The position numbers were made by a program, and so were the translations under genes. A DNA stretch of 64,000 nucleotides from an uncultured Phycisphaerales bacterium (GTDB taxonomy: Bacteria > Planctomycetota > Phycisphaerae > Tepidisphaerales > Tepidisphaeraceae): positions 2,336,001 through 2,400,000 of the forward strand of contig CAVWVQ010000003.1 of NCBI GenBank assembly GCA_963758525.1. The letters run 5' to 3'. The notes below the pieces were generated by a model. That model made no database searches. It was not told the origin of the DNA and saw only the letters and a list, made by a program, of their open reading frames with translations. The stretch's first letter is position 1. Every line of letters begins with the position of its first letter. Of this stretch, positions 42,910-53,300 are shown in pieces.

Positions 42910-42993
42910 TCAGAGTCTCCCGCAGGCATAGGTGTATAGAATGCAGACGGCGAAGAAGCCGACCGTCGTGGATACGAATAAAACGTCCATCAT
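42910..42993 (-). CDS. Second small hydrophobic peptide upstream of kdpF (27 aa)
   Basis: MMDVLFVSTTVGFFAVCILYTYACGRL*, CAGGAG RBS, ends 2 nt before kdpF. Confidence 0.75.
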   Translation of the reverse strand: MMDVLFVSTTVGFFAVCILYTYACGRL

Positions 42994-43023
42994 AAAACTG
43001 ACTCCTGTCTTCCCAGTGCATTA

Positions 43024-43053
43024 CCTCCTCTCCCGGTACTCAGGGAGAGGAGG
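43024..43053. other. 11-bp stem hairpin between regulator genes and kdp genes
   Basis: CCTCCTCTCCC-8nt-GGGAGAGGAGG. Confidence 0.6.
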
Positions 43054-43089
43054 ATCGATTGCTCGTGAAGCAGCCGCGCGAACAACACT

Positions 43090-43835
43090 TCAAAATGTCT
43101 CCGGTCCATCACCAATCAGCGACGGCATCGCCGGCGAGGTGACGTCATCGCCAAAGGCAACGGGGCGCACACTCTTGCCGTGGTAGCGGATGTCGGCCAG
43201 GCGGCGCAGATTTTCCTGGGCCGGCTGATAACCCCGGTTGCTCATCGCGGACTTCTCGTAGAACTTGCGTGCGCTTTCCACGCGTCCGTGCGATTCGTGA
43301 AGCACGCCGGCAAGATTCAGAAATGCCGGGTCTTCGTCGGCGATCATTCCGGCGCTCATCAGCCCGGCTTCCGCCTGGCGAAATTCTCCGCGCGCAGGGC
43401 GTCGCGCACTCTCTGCAGCACCTCCCCATAGCCGGCGCTGGGCGCCCGCAGATGGGCGGGGAGCTCGTCGTGCAGCACGCTGGCAACGCTGAGGCGCAGC
43501 TCGTCGGGCGTGAACGGCTTCTCGATGAAGTCGCTGGCGCCCAGGCGAATCGCCTGGATCGCATTCCGCACCGATCCGTGCGCCGTCATCACGATCGCTC
43601 GCGGCATCTGATGCGATAGCAGGCCGCGGATTTCCGCCAGCACGGTCATTCCATCGAGCACCGGCATTGCCAGATCGAGCAGCACCAGGTCCGGCGGCGA
43701 GGCATGTATCTGCTGCAGCGCGTCGCCGCCGTTGACCGCATGCTCGATGGCGTATCCCGCCGCCTCCAGGCAGAGGCGCACCGACGTGCGGATGTTCGCG
43801 TCGTCATCCACGATGAGAATTCGTATTGCATGCAT
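43090..43835 (-). CDS. Response regulator, REC + TPR-like C-terminus, frameshift near 43375
   Basis: ILIVDDD, DLAMP, TAHG, KPF; FLNLAGVLHE..ARKFYEK..YQPAQENLRR. Confidence 0.85.
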
Positions 43836-43879
43836 GGGAAGAGCCCCTTGCTTCAAAACGTTGTCTTCAGTGCCCGCCG

Positions 43880-44625
43880 CTACTCCGCATTCACCACGTG
43901 AAACGGAATCTCTCCCTGCGCGTCGCCCCCGAGCATCACACTTTGCGAACTGCGTCCGAACGAATGCAACTCATACAGGCGGCGGATGTTCAACTGCGAC
44001 GGTTGATAATTCCGATCGGCCGCGATCGCCTTGCCATAACACTTGGCGCCAGCCGCCATTTCCGCTGCACCTCATAGAGCACTCCGAGCAAGTTGAAATA
44101 TTGAGCGCTCTCCTGCTCGCGCACTTCGGCGGCCTTGGTCAGCAGCGACTCGGCGCTTGAGAAATCCGCCTGCCGCAACGAGCGGCGAATCCGTTCCAGC
44201 ACCTCCGCGTACCCTCCCGCCACGTCCGAGCCGACGGGCGGCGAATCGAGCTCGGGCTCTTCGAGTATGCTTCGGACGCTTCGCCGAAGCTCCGTGGGAG
44301 TCAGCGGCTTCTCGAGAAAATCCAGCGCTCCCAGGCGCGTTGCCTTCACCGCCGACTGGATCGACCCGTACGCCGTGAGAATCATCACGCGAGGCATGCG
44401 CACGTGGGGCAATTCCCTGAGCCGCTCGAGCACCGCCATCCCGTCCATCACCGGCATATTCAGATCGAGCACCACCAGGTCCGGCATGTGCTGCTCGATC
44501 GCCGCCAGCGCCTCACGGCCGTTGGCGGCTTCGTTCACCTCGTGCCCGTCGGCCTCGAGGGCCGTGCGGAGCATCATCCGGATGTTGGATTCATCGTCCG
44601 TTATAAGAATAGACGCCGGCATCAT
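43880..44625 (-). CDS. Response regulator, REC + TPR-like C-terminus (paralog), frameshift near 44046
   Basis: ILITDDE, DLNMP, TAYG, KPL; YFNLLGVLYE..KCYGKAI..YQPSQLNIRR. Confidence 0.85.
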
Positions 44626-46546
44626 GGGTCTCCTTGTGCGGTTCGTTGGCCGGCTGATCGGCGCGCTGCAGCGTGAAGCTCAGCCGGCTTCCTTCGCCCT
44701 CGCGGCTCTGCGCCGCGATGTGGCCGCCATGCGCTTCGACAATTTCTTTTGCAATCGCCAGCCCAAGCCCCGCCCCAGGAACCTGGTTTTCGCGCGGCAC
44801 GCGGAAAAAACGCTCGAAGATACGCGGCAGAAATTCCGCTGGAATTCCCATTCCCGTGTCTTCGACGACGAAGCGCACCATGGAGTCTTCGTTTGCCGCG
44901 GTCACCCGCACGCGTCCGCCGGGCGCGGTGAACTTCAGCGAGTTGCCCAGCAGATTCGAGAATACATGATCGATCCGCGCCGGATCGACCAGTACGGGTG
45001 CAACGTCGCCCGGCACGTCGACCTCCAGGGTCACGCCGCGATCGTGAAACGCTGTTTCCAGCGGCGTGATCGCATCCGACACCAGTCGCTCGGCGGGCTC
45101 CGAACGAAGATCCAGCTCGACTCGGCCGGATTCGAGCCGGCCCATGTCCAGAAGATCGGCGATGATTCGTTCGAGCCGATCGCTGTCTTCGCGGGCCGCC
45201 ATCAGCAGTTCCGTCTGTTTCAAGCTCAACGGTCCCACCTGCTCCTCCAGGAGCAGATGCACCGCCATGCGGATCGACGTCAACGGCGTCTTCAGCTCGT
45301 GCGACACCACCGACAGCAGGCCGCTCTTCATCTCGTCGAGACGCCGCAAGTTGGTGACATCCGCCAGAACCAGCGTGACGCCCAGAAGATGATGCTCCGC
45401 GTCGCGGATCGGCACCGCGTGCGGCAGGAAGTATTTCAACTGCCCGCCCTGGTCGTAGACTTCGATGGCGCCTTCATATCCGCGACGCTCCAGCGGACGA
45501 TCCGCCGCCGCGACCTCGCGGACGATCTGCGCCAGACGCGGGTCGGAGGCCTGCGTGATCTCCATGCCGGGATCGAGCTGAAAGAGACGATGCGCCGTTT
45601 CGTTGGAAAGCTCGATGTGTCCGTCGGGGCTGATGATCGCGATCGCGTCGGGCAGGCTGTTGACCGCCAGTTGCGTGGTCCGTTGCGTGCGAACCAGCTT
45701 GGCGCGGTCCGTCCGGCGAAACTCCCGGAGCTTGGCCGTCATGGAATTAAACGCCTCGGCAAGCTGATGCAGCTCGTCGCGCGATCTCACCTGCACCACC
45801 AGATCCAGATTCCCCTGTTCAATTTCCCGGATCGATTTGGTCACGGTCGCAAGCGGACGCAGGATCGATCGACCGACGAAATAGGTAAAGACAATCGCCA
45901 AAGCGATCCCGGTTGCCGCCAGCAGCACCATCATTCGGGTTGCGCTGTCGGCCATCCGCTTGGCGCGGCCGTCAACCGGCTTCATGTTGTCAAGATTCAG
46001 CCGGATCACCCCCTGCGCCTGGGCTTTGAGCAGTGGCGAAACCCGCGTCAGCGTCGCATAGGCGTCGATGCGTTGTTTCCCCGTCGTCTTTGGATCGAGC
46101 AGGCTCAAAAACGCTTCGCGGTATGAATCGCTCGGCAGCTTTTCGCCGGCGAGGCTCTGGCCCTTCCATAGACGCGTCAACTCCGATGCGATCTTGTCCT
46201 CGCCTTCGAGGGTGATGTTGTGGTCCTCCGCGCTGCAGTTCGTCTCGAACTGACCGAGCGGACGATCCTGCGAGCGAAGATCACCGGCGCTATTAGATGC
46301 GGCCTGCAACTCAGCTTTCGTTGGCTCACGCGGCTCGCCGGAGATCGGCCGGGCGATGTCGTTCAATCGCTCCAGCGAGTCGAGCATGTGCTGGCCATAT
46401 TCCACGCTGCGCCAGTTCTCGTAAAAGAACTTGTCCAGCGCCGCGCGATATTGCGTGAGCACGGCAATTCCCAGCCCGCTCACGACGAGCAGAATCGCCA
46501 GAAGCCCGCCGAAGCCAAACGAGAGTTTTTGCTTGAGCCCAAACAT
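44591..46546 (-). CDS. Sensor histidine kinase, KinB-like (TM-periplasmic-TM-HAMP-PAS-HisKA-HATPase)
   Basis: SHELKTPLTS, NLLGNSLKF, DTGMG, GAGLGL; HAMP DELHQLAEAFN. Confidence 0.92.
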   Translation of the reverse strand: MFGLKQKLSFGFGGLLAILLVVSGLGIAVLTQYRAALDKFFYENWRSVEYGQHMLDSLERLNDIARPISGEPREPTKAELQAASNSAGDLRSQDRPLGQFETNCSAEDHNITLEGEDKIASELTRLWKGQSLAGEKLPSDSYREAFLSLLDPKTTGKQRIDAYATLTRVSPLLKAQAQGVIRLNLDNMKPVDGRAKRMADSATRMMVLLAATGIALAIVFTYFVGRSILRPLATVTKSIREIEQGNLDLVVQVRSRDELHQLAEAFNSMTAKLREFRRTDRAKLVRTQRTTQLAVNSLPDAIAIISPDGHIELSNETAHRLFQLDPGMEITQASDPRLAQIVREVAAADRPLERRGYEGAIEVYDQGGQLKYFLPHAVPIRDAEHHLLGVTLVLADVTNLRRLDEMKSGLLSVVSHELKTPLTSIRMAVHLLLEEQVGPLSLKQTELLMAAREDSDRLERIIADLLDMGRLESGRVELDLRSEPAERLVSDAITPLETAFHDRGVTLEVDVPGDVAPVLVDPARIDHVFSNLLGNSLKFTAPGGRVRVTAANEDSMVRFVVEDTGMGIPAEFLPRIFERFFRVPRENQVPGAGLGLAIAKEIVEAHGGHIAAQSREGEGSRLSFTLQRADQPANEPHKETHDAGVYSYNGR

Positions 46547-46564
46547 GATGTTCCCACGCACCTT

Positions 46565-46582
46565 CGCGAAGCTGATGCCAAA
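46565..46582 (-). promoter_or_regulatory. Candidate sigma-54 -24/-12 promoter
   Basis: TTTGGCATCAGCTTCGCG: GG-N10-GC. Confidence 0.55.
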
Positions 46583-46646
46583 CCCATGGGAATGTGCTTA
46601 ACCCCACTGGAACCGCAAAGAACAGGGAACTTCATCCGCATCATCG

Positions 46647-46804
46647 TGCAAGATGCAACCGCGCGATGTTGTCAGATCATGCATTTTGCATGATGGCACA
46701 CGTGCCGGCCCAAGTGTCTTCCAATGTGAGCTTTAGCAATGATTCGCCACAGCCTTTTCGCTTGAGGAGCGGCCCCGAAGCCAGTCACCGGATTGCAAAC
46801 TGCA
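46647..46804. promoter_or_regulatory. Candidate activator sites, TGCA-N3-TGCA x3
   Basis: TGCAAGATGCA 46647, TGCATTTTGCA 46680, TGCAAACTGCA 46794. Confidence 0.5.
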
Positions 46805-46966
46805 ATGCGCCATCACGCGTCACGTGCGAGCGTCAGCACGCAAACCGCGATATTGGCGCCTTAACGCTTCCCGCCCGCTCCCTGAAGCCTAATCCATTCG
46901 ATATCACCTGCGGCATCTCGTTTGATTCTAATCGGGCGCACGGAGTTGCTTCTATTGGGAGCCAAC

Positions 46967-47443
46967 ATGAGCGCGCTGGGAATCCTGTGCTGCGTTGCAT
47001 TTTTCGTGATCGTCGCCTGCCAGGCGGTGGTGCTGCATTGGCATTACGCGCATAGCAACTGGCGATGGCTGAAGCATCGCTACCCCGCGCCGCCGTCAGA
47101 ACCGGCCGGGCCGCGACAGGTCTTTGCTGACGCGACGATCCGAGTCAACCAGCATTGGTACTGCCGTCTTTCACGCCTCACGCTGAATTCGGCCGGCCTG
47201 CGACTGGAGCTCCCCGCTCCGCTGCCCCGTCTGTTCCATCAACCGCTGTTGATCCCCTGGGACGATCTCACGCTTCGCGCTAAAAACCCTGATGGATCGC
47301 TCTTGCTCGATGCTGGAGATGCAACAACCCTCACGCTCACCGGAACCGCGGCGCTGAGCGCGCATCGCTGCTTCCAACTACGAACGACAAAATGCGTCCC
47401 GCGCAAGCTCCAGCGCAGTTCGCGGGAAAAGAGACTGCGATGA
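46967..47443 (+). CDS. Hypothetical membrane-anchored protein
   Basis: N-terminal TM; WRWLKHRY..FHQPLLIPWDDL. Confidence 0.65.
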   Translation: MSALGILCCVAFFVIVACQAVVLHWHYAHSNWRWLKHRYPAPPSEPAGPRQVFADATIRVNQHWYCRLSRLTLNSAGLRLELPAPLPRLFHQPLLIPWDDLTLRAKNPDGSLLLDAGDATTLTLTGTAALSAHRCFQLRTTKCVPRKLQRSSREKRLR

Positions 47444-47454
47444 AATGCCTTCCC

Positions 47455-48812
47455 TCAGATCCCGTACTTCTTCCGCCGTCTCCACAGCGTGGCGACGTCA
47501 ACTCCCAACACCTTTGACGCCTCATCAAGCGAGCGAGTCTTCGCCAGCACGCGACGAATATGCATTTCCTCAAGCTGATCCAGCGAAACCAGATCGCCGA
47601 CGCCCACCGCGGCCGGCGGCGCCTCGGCCGGCGAAAAGCCGCCGGGCAGATGCTCCAGCCCGACCCGGCCGCTCTGACAGAGAATCAGCGCGCGTTCAAC
47701 CACGTTGCGCAGCTCGCGAATATTGCCCGGCCAGTGATAGGCGCAGGCGCTGCTTCGGTTTCAGGCGCGAATCCCTCCACCGGCTTTCCGCGCCTAAGTT
47801 CCCCCAGGAAACGCTCCGCCAGAACGATCACGTCCTCCGGCCGCTCGCGCAGCGCCGGAAGATCCAACTGCACCACCTTAATCCGATAGAGCAGGTCTTC
47901 GCGGAATCGCCCGGCGCTGACGGCCTCTTCGAGATCGACGTTCGTCGCGGCAATCACCCGCACGTCCGCCCGCCTGGTCCGCGCTTCACCCACTCGCTCA
48001 TACTCGCGGTCCTGCACAAAGCGCAGCAACTTCGGCTGAAGGTTCAACGGCAGATCGCCGATCTCATCGAGAAACAGCGTGCCGCCGTCCGAGCTGGCGA
48101 TGCGTCCCGGATTGTCGCGCACCGCCCCGGTGAACGCTCCGCGGGCATGTCCGAACAATTCGCTCTCCAGCAACTGTGCCGACAGCGTCGGACACGCGAT
48201 GGTCGCAAACGGCTTCTCCCGCCTGCCGCTCCACGCGTGAATCGCATGGGCGACCACGCCCTTCCCCGTCCCGCTCTCGCCGCGGAGCAGGACCGTGGTA
48301 TCCGTCACGGCCACTTGCTGCGCGAGATTGATCACCCGCTGCACGGCGGGGCTGCCGCTCTTGAGCATCACGTCAGGCTGGCGGCTCCCCAGCGCCCCCT
48401 CCAAGCCCGCCACCTGCAGTTCCAGCGCCCGCACGCGCATCACGCGCTCGGTCGTCAGCCGCAGCTGCGCCGGGGTAAACGGCTTGGTCAGATAATCCGC
48501 CGCCCCGCGCCGCATCGTCTCCACCGCGCTGTCGATCGAGCCATGCGCCGTGATGATGATCACGCGGATCCACGGGCTCTGCGCCAGCAATTCAGGGATC
48601 AGATCCAATCCCAGCGTCGCCCCCAGCCGCAAATCCACGAACGCCAGATCAAACGGCTGGCGCGTCGCCTCGGCAACCGCGTCCCCGGCGTTGCTCACCG
48701 CAACCACGCGATGCCCGTCGGCCTCGAGCCCGATCGCCAGCGTCTTGCGAATGTTGATCTCGTCGTCGACGACCAGCACGCTCAACGAAATTCCCGGGGT
48801 CTTCTCATTCAT
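47455..48812 (-). CDS. Sigma-54-dependent response regulator, AlgB/NtrC-like, frameshift near 47745
   Basis: REC, GESGTGK, ESELFGH..GAFTGA, FLDEIG, Fis [19 protein letters not shown]. Confidence 0.93.
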
Positions 48813-48877
48813 AACAATCTTCAGACACGGTCTGGTTCACCCGATAACCAATCCTACTCACTATCCCCCGGAACATC

Positions 48878-49318
48878 ATGAGCCTCTTCCCATTCACGCT
48901 TCTGCGACCCCGCACCCCGTCGTCCGCTCTATCCGGACCGCACGGCAGCCTCGATGCCTTCCTGGATGCGCTGTCCCGCGTCGCGGACCGGGTGGAGAAT
49001 CTCCATTATCGTTTCGGCGATGCGCAAGACCCCGACGGATTCGTGCAACTCTGGGGCTCCGCGGATCACTGGATCCAGATTCACCGCCTGTGGACCCGCC
49101 ATGCCGGACGCGGCGACGGCTCGCGCATCCTGCAAACCCTCTGCGCACTAGCCGACGAGCACGACATCGGCATCCGCCTCAAGGTGACTCCCATCGGCCG
49201 AAAGCCATATCCGCTTTCGAGATTGCAGCTCAAGGCGTGGTATCAGCGGCACGGCTTCGAGGGGAAAAGGTGGAACGTGCGGAGATTGCCGAGGGAGCGA
49301 TCTCTCATGACGACATAA
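48878..49318 (+). CDS. GNAT-fold-like hypothetical protein
   Basis: GRGDGSRIL..LADEH..LKAWYQRHGF. Confidence 0.6.
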   Translation: MSLFPFTLLRPRTPSSALSGPHGSLDAFLDALSRVADRVENLHYRFGDAQDPDGFVQLWGSADHWIQIHRLWTRHAGRGDGSRILQTLCALADEHDIGIRLKVTPIGRKPYPLSRLQLKAWYQRHGFEGKRWNVRRLPRERSLMTT

Positions 49319-49586
49319 AGCTTCGCAGCGCATTTTCGCGTCTCGCGTGTCCGGAAAGACCCGGTGCATGCCTCTGAGCAGTCATGCGCGGCGCGGCCGT
49401 CCGGCGCGTTGGCGACATGTCGTTAATGTTCGAGTCATGACCGGCGTCATTCGCGCCCGGGGATCGGGGAGAATGTGAAGGGGTTGGAAAAACGCGCAAT
49501 GCAAAAACCCTTCAGGATTGAACACTTTGTATTTCACTGTCGTCTTTTGCCCGCTGTTGCCCATAAATCGACGGCAAAGCTGCCTC

Positions 49587-49614
49587 TCGACAGGTTCCAC
49601 GATGCCCGTATAAT
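49587..49614 (+). promoter_or_regulatory. Sigma-70 promoter of tRNA
   Basis: TCGACA-16-TATAAT. Confidence 0.65.
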
Positions 49615-49627
49615 TCGCAATCTGCTC

Positions 49628-49709
49628 GCCCAGGTGGCGGAACTGGCAGACGCACTACTTTGAGGTGGTAGCGCCGCAAGGCGTGCAGGTTCAAATCCTG
49701 TCCTGGGCA
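49628..49709 (+). tRNA. tRNA-Leu(GAG), CCA not encoded
   Basis: GCCCAGG/CCTGGGC acceptor stem, anticodon loop TTGAGGT, long variable arm, GGTTCAAATCC. Confidence 0.97.
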
Positions 49710-49713
49710 TACG

Positions 49714-49748
49714 CGAAGGCGATCCGACACGGATCGCCTTCTTCGTTT
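49714..49748 (+). terminator. Hairpin after tRNA
   Basis: GAAGGCGATCCG-ACA-CGGATCGCCTTC then TTCGTTT. Confidence 0.7.
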
Positions 49749-49760
49749 CAAATCGCCGGG

Positions 49761-49922
49761 GAGCCGCGCACGCAGCGTACTCGCGGAGTAAGCGGAGCAT
49801 CGGAGTAAGCGGAGCATCGGAGTAAGCGGAGCATCGGAGTAAGCGGAGTTAAGCGTAGCTGAGGAGCAAGCGCATCAGTAACGTACCCGCTTACTCCGGG
49901 GAGTACCCTGCGTGCGCGGCTC
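49761..49922. repeat. REP-like doublet (family C) containing a 17-bp tandem x~4
   Basis: GAGCCGCGCACGCAG..GTAAGCGG inverted at ~49886-49922; (CGGAGTAAGCGGAGCAT)n at 49784-49848; third copy at 50229-50265. Confidence 0.85.
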
Positions 49923-49956
49923 AACGAGTTTTGGGTACCGTTAACGGGAGCTTTGC

Positions 49957-50259
49957 TTGCGCCGCATACATGTTCGCAGCAATCATGTGCATGTCGTGAT
50001 TTCGGCGGATCGAGAACCGGGCCGATTGATGAGCGACCTCAAGGGGCGGGCGTCGGCTGCGTTGACCCGAGCAGGATTCCACGACGCCACGCGAAAGCGC
50101 TGGACGCGGCACGGCAGCACCCTCCATCTTTTTGATGAAGCAACGGTATCGGACAAGATCGACTACACATTACATCGTCACGGAACTCCCATGGCGTCAT
50201 ACCATGGACGAAATCGCGTGCACGCGCCGAGCCGCGCACGAAGGGTACACCCGCAGTAA
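49957..50259 (+). mobile_element. 5'-truncated REP-associated tyrosine (Y1/HUH) transposase-like gene
   Basis: NHVHVV HUH motif, DLKGRAS, WTRHGS, IDY; flanked by family C repeats. Confidence 0.7.
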
Positions 50260-50376
50260 GCGGGCATTTTGGGAGTTTCCTCACAAAATGAATCTTCGCG
50301 GGTAGATATGGGCGGCGGATAATTCCGAACCATAGATCGGCTTCGATACAGGCGCGATAAACGAGGCGAAGACAGG

Positions 50377-53300
50377 ATGATTAGACTGAAGGCGATCGTG
50401 ACGCTCGGGTTGTTGTTTGTGTGTTGTGTCGGACGATCGGCGCTGGCTCAGGATGACCTCGCGGGGCAGGAATACGGACCGCGAATTCATGCGGCGTCGA
50501 ATGAAGGGGAGAACGCGATCGCGCGTTTCCATGTGCCGGAGGGTTTGAAGGTTGAGCTATTCGCCGCGGAGCCGCTGGTGGCCAATCCGGTTTGTTTGCG
50601 CGTCGACAGCCGGGGGCGGATTTACGTGGCCGAAGGGTTTCGGCGCGCGGGCGGGGTGATCGATATTCGCAATCATCGGGATTGGGTCGAGGAAGACCTC
50701 GCGTCGCAAACGGTCGCGGATCGGATCGCGCTGCTGCGACGCAAGTACGGGCCCAATATCTTTCAGCTCCGTTCGGAAACCGACTGTGTTCAACTGTTGC
50801 AGGATACGCAGGGCCGCGGGAAGGCGGATAAGTCCACTGTGTTTGCGGACGGGTTCAATGCGATCGAGGACGGGATTGCCGCCAGCGTGCTGCCTGTGGC
50901 CAATGGATGCTACCTGGCGGACATCCCCAGCCTGTATCTGCTGCGCGACACGACCGGCAAGGGAGTCGCCGACGAGCGAAAGGTCCTGGCGACCGGTTTT
51001 GGCGTGCACATTTCCTATCGGGGGCACGACATGCATGGGCTGCGGATGGGCCCTGATGGGAAGGTCTATTTCAGCAGCGGCGATCGGGCCGCCAATGCGT
51101 TCAGCTCGATCGATGGAAGCAAAGCGGTGAACACGGATTCGGGAGGTGTCTTCCGCTGCGATCCTGACGGATCGAATCTCGAGCTCTTTGCTTATGGGCT
51201 GCGAAATCCGCAGCAGTTGGTCTTCGATCAATATGGGAACCTGTTTACCGGCGACAACAACCCGGATTTCGGCGACCCGGCGCGATGGGTCTACGTGGTC
51301 GAAGGGGGCGACAGCGGTTGGCGCATCGGATATCAGCTGAGTCGTACGCCAGTTCTGGGGGGTCAATGGATGGCAGAGCATTTATGGCAAACACAACCAA
51401 AACTCAACGCCGCGTATATGGTTCCGCCGGTGGCGCATCTGGGGGCGGGGCCGAGTGGGGTGGCGTGTTATCCGGGAACGGGCCTTTCGGACCATTGGAA
51501 GGATCACCTGTTCATGTGCGATTTCCGCGGATCGGCCGCGTCGAGCGGCATCCATGCGTTTCAGATGAAAACGCAAGGGGCGGGATTCGAGCTGGTGAAT
51601 CACGAGAAATTCTTCTGGGGATGTCTGGTCACCGATCTTGATTTCAGCACCGTGGGCGGAGCGTATGTCAGCGATTGGGTGCACGGCTGGGACGGTGCGG
51701 GCAAGGGAAGAATCTACCGCGTCTTCGACCCAGTCGAGGCGAAATCGTCGATTGTCGAGCAGACGCGAAAGCTCCTGGCCGATGGGATGGCGGGCCGTGC
51801 GTCGGCTGAGCTGGGGACGCTGCTGGCGCATCCGGATATGCGCGTGCGGCAGATGGCGCAGTTCGAGCTTGCCGGCAGAGGTGCGGAATCTGTTGCGCTT
51901 TTGTCCCGCATAGCGGCAAGCGGTGGTGACCGGTTCGCGCGAATCCACGCCATCTGGGGACTGGGGCAGATCGTGCGCCATACACCCTCGGCAGCGACTC
52001 CGCTGCTCTCGCTGTTGTTGGATTCCGACGATGAAATTCGCGCCCAGGCCGCGAAAGTGCTGGGCGATGATCGAATTGCAGCGGCGTTTGAAGGGATGGT
52101 GAAGCTGCTGAAAGATCCCAGTTCACGGGTGCGATTCTTCGCGGCCCAGGGTCTTGGCCGCCTCAAGCGTGGGGAGGCGATCGCGCCGCTGCTGGCGATG
52201 CTGAAGGAGAACGGGGACCGCGACGGATGGCTGCGACACGCCGGTGTGATGGGGCTGATCGCCAGCGGCGAGTCCCAGGCGTTGCTCGCCGCAGCGGGCG
52301 ATTCATCGTCGGCGGTGCGCATGGGCGTACTCCTGGCGCTGCGTCGTCTGCATCAGCCGCAAGTCGCGCAATTTCTCCATGATCCGGATCCGCAGATTGT
52401 ACTGGAGTCGGCGCGTGCGATTTATGATGTGCCGATCCCCCAGGCGATGCCGGCACTTGCGAGCATGGCCATCGAGGCGTCGGCGGATGATGCGGTTACT
52501 TCACGTGTGGTTAGCGCGAATTTCTACCTGGGAACTCCAGCGGCGGCGAAGGTATTGACCACTCTCGCGAATAATCAAAACGTGCCGACGCCGTGGCGAG
52601 TTGCGGCGCTAAACGATCTTGGCCGATGGGAATCACCACCTTCGCTGGACATCCTGCTTCACGCGTATCGTCCATTGGTTCCGCGTCCCTCGGCCGATGC
52701 TCGCGATGCGATTGCGCCAGTACTGGCGTCGATTCTGGACAGTGCGCCGAATGAAGTTCGAGTTGCCGCGATCGGGCTGATCGAGACGTTGAAGATCGAT
52801 GATCCCGGCGTACTCAATACCCTGGCGACGGACGCCAAGTTTCCGGTATCGGTTCGCCAAGAGGCGATGGAAGTGATGGCGCGCCGGCATGATGCCGGCT
52901 TGGCGCGGGCGGTCGAACTCGCGCTCGCCCATAAGGACGTTGGCTTCCGCTGCGCCGCGATCCGCTGTCTTGGCAGCCTTCCCGATTCCCAGACGAAGTT
53001 GGCGGCATTTTCGGAAAACGGTTCGACGCCGGAGCGTCAGGCTGCGTTGGAAGCATTGGGCGGACTGCCGGGGGAGGTGGTCGATGGATTGCTGGAAACC
53101 TGGATGAAGCGGTTGATTGCGTCGCAAGTTCCGCCGGAATTGCATCAGGATATCGTGGACGCGGTAAGCCAACGGTCGTCTGCGACACTGACGGCGATGC
53201 TCAAGCAATACAACGAAGCGTTGTCAAAAGGCGATGAGCTGGCTCGGTATCGCGATGCGCTGGTCGGCGGGGATGCGGCCAGCGGGCGGAAGATTTTCCG

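Noticed and set aside
49784..49848. 17-bp repeats as a CRISPR array
   Set aside because: Head-to-tail with no spacers; no cas genes in the window
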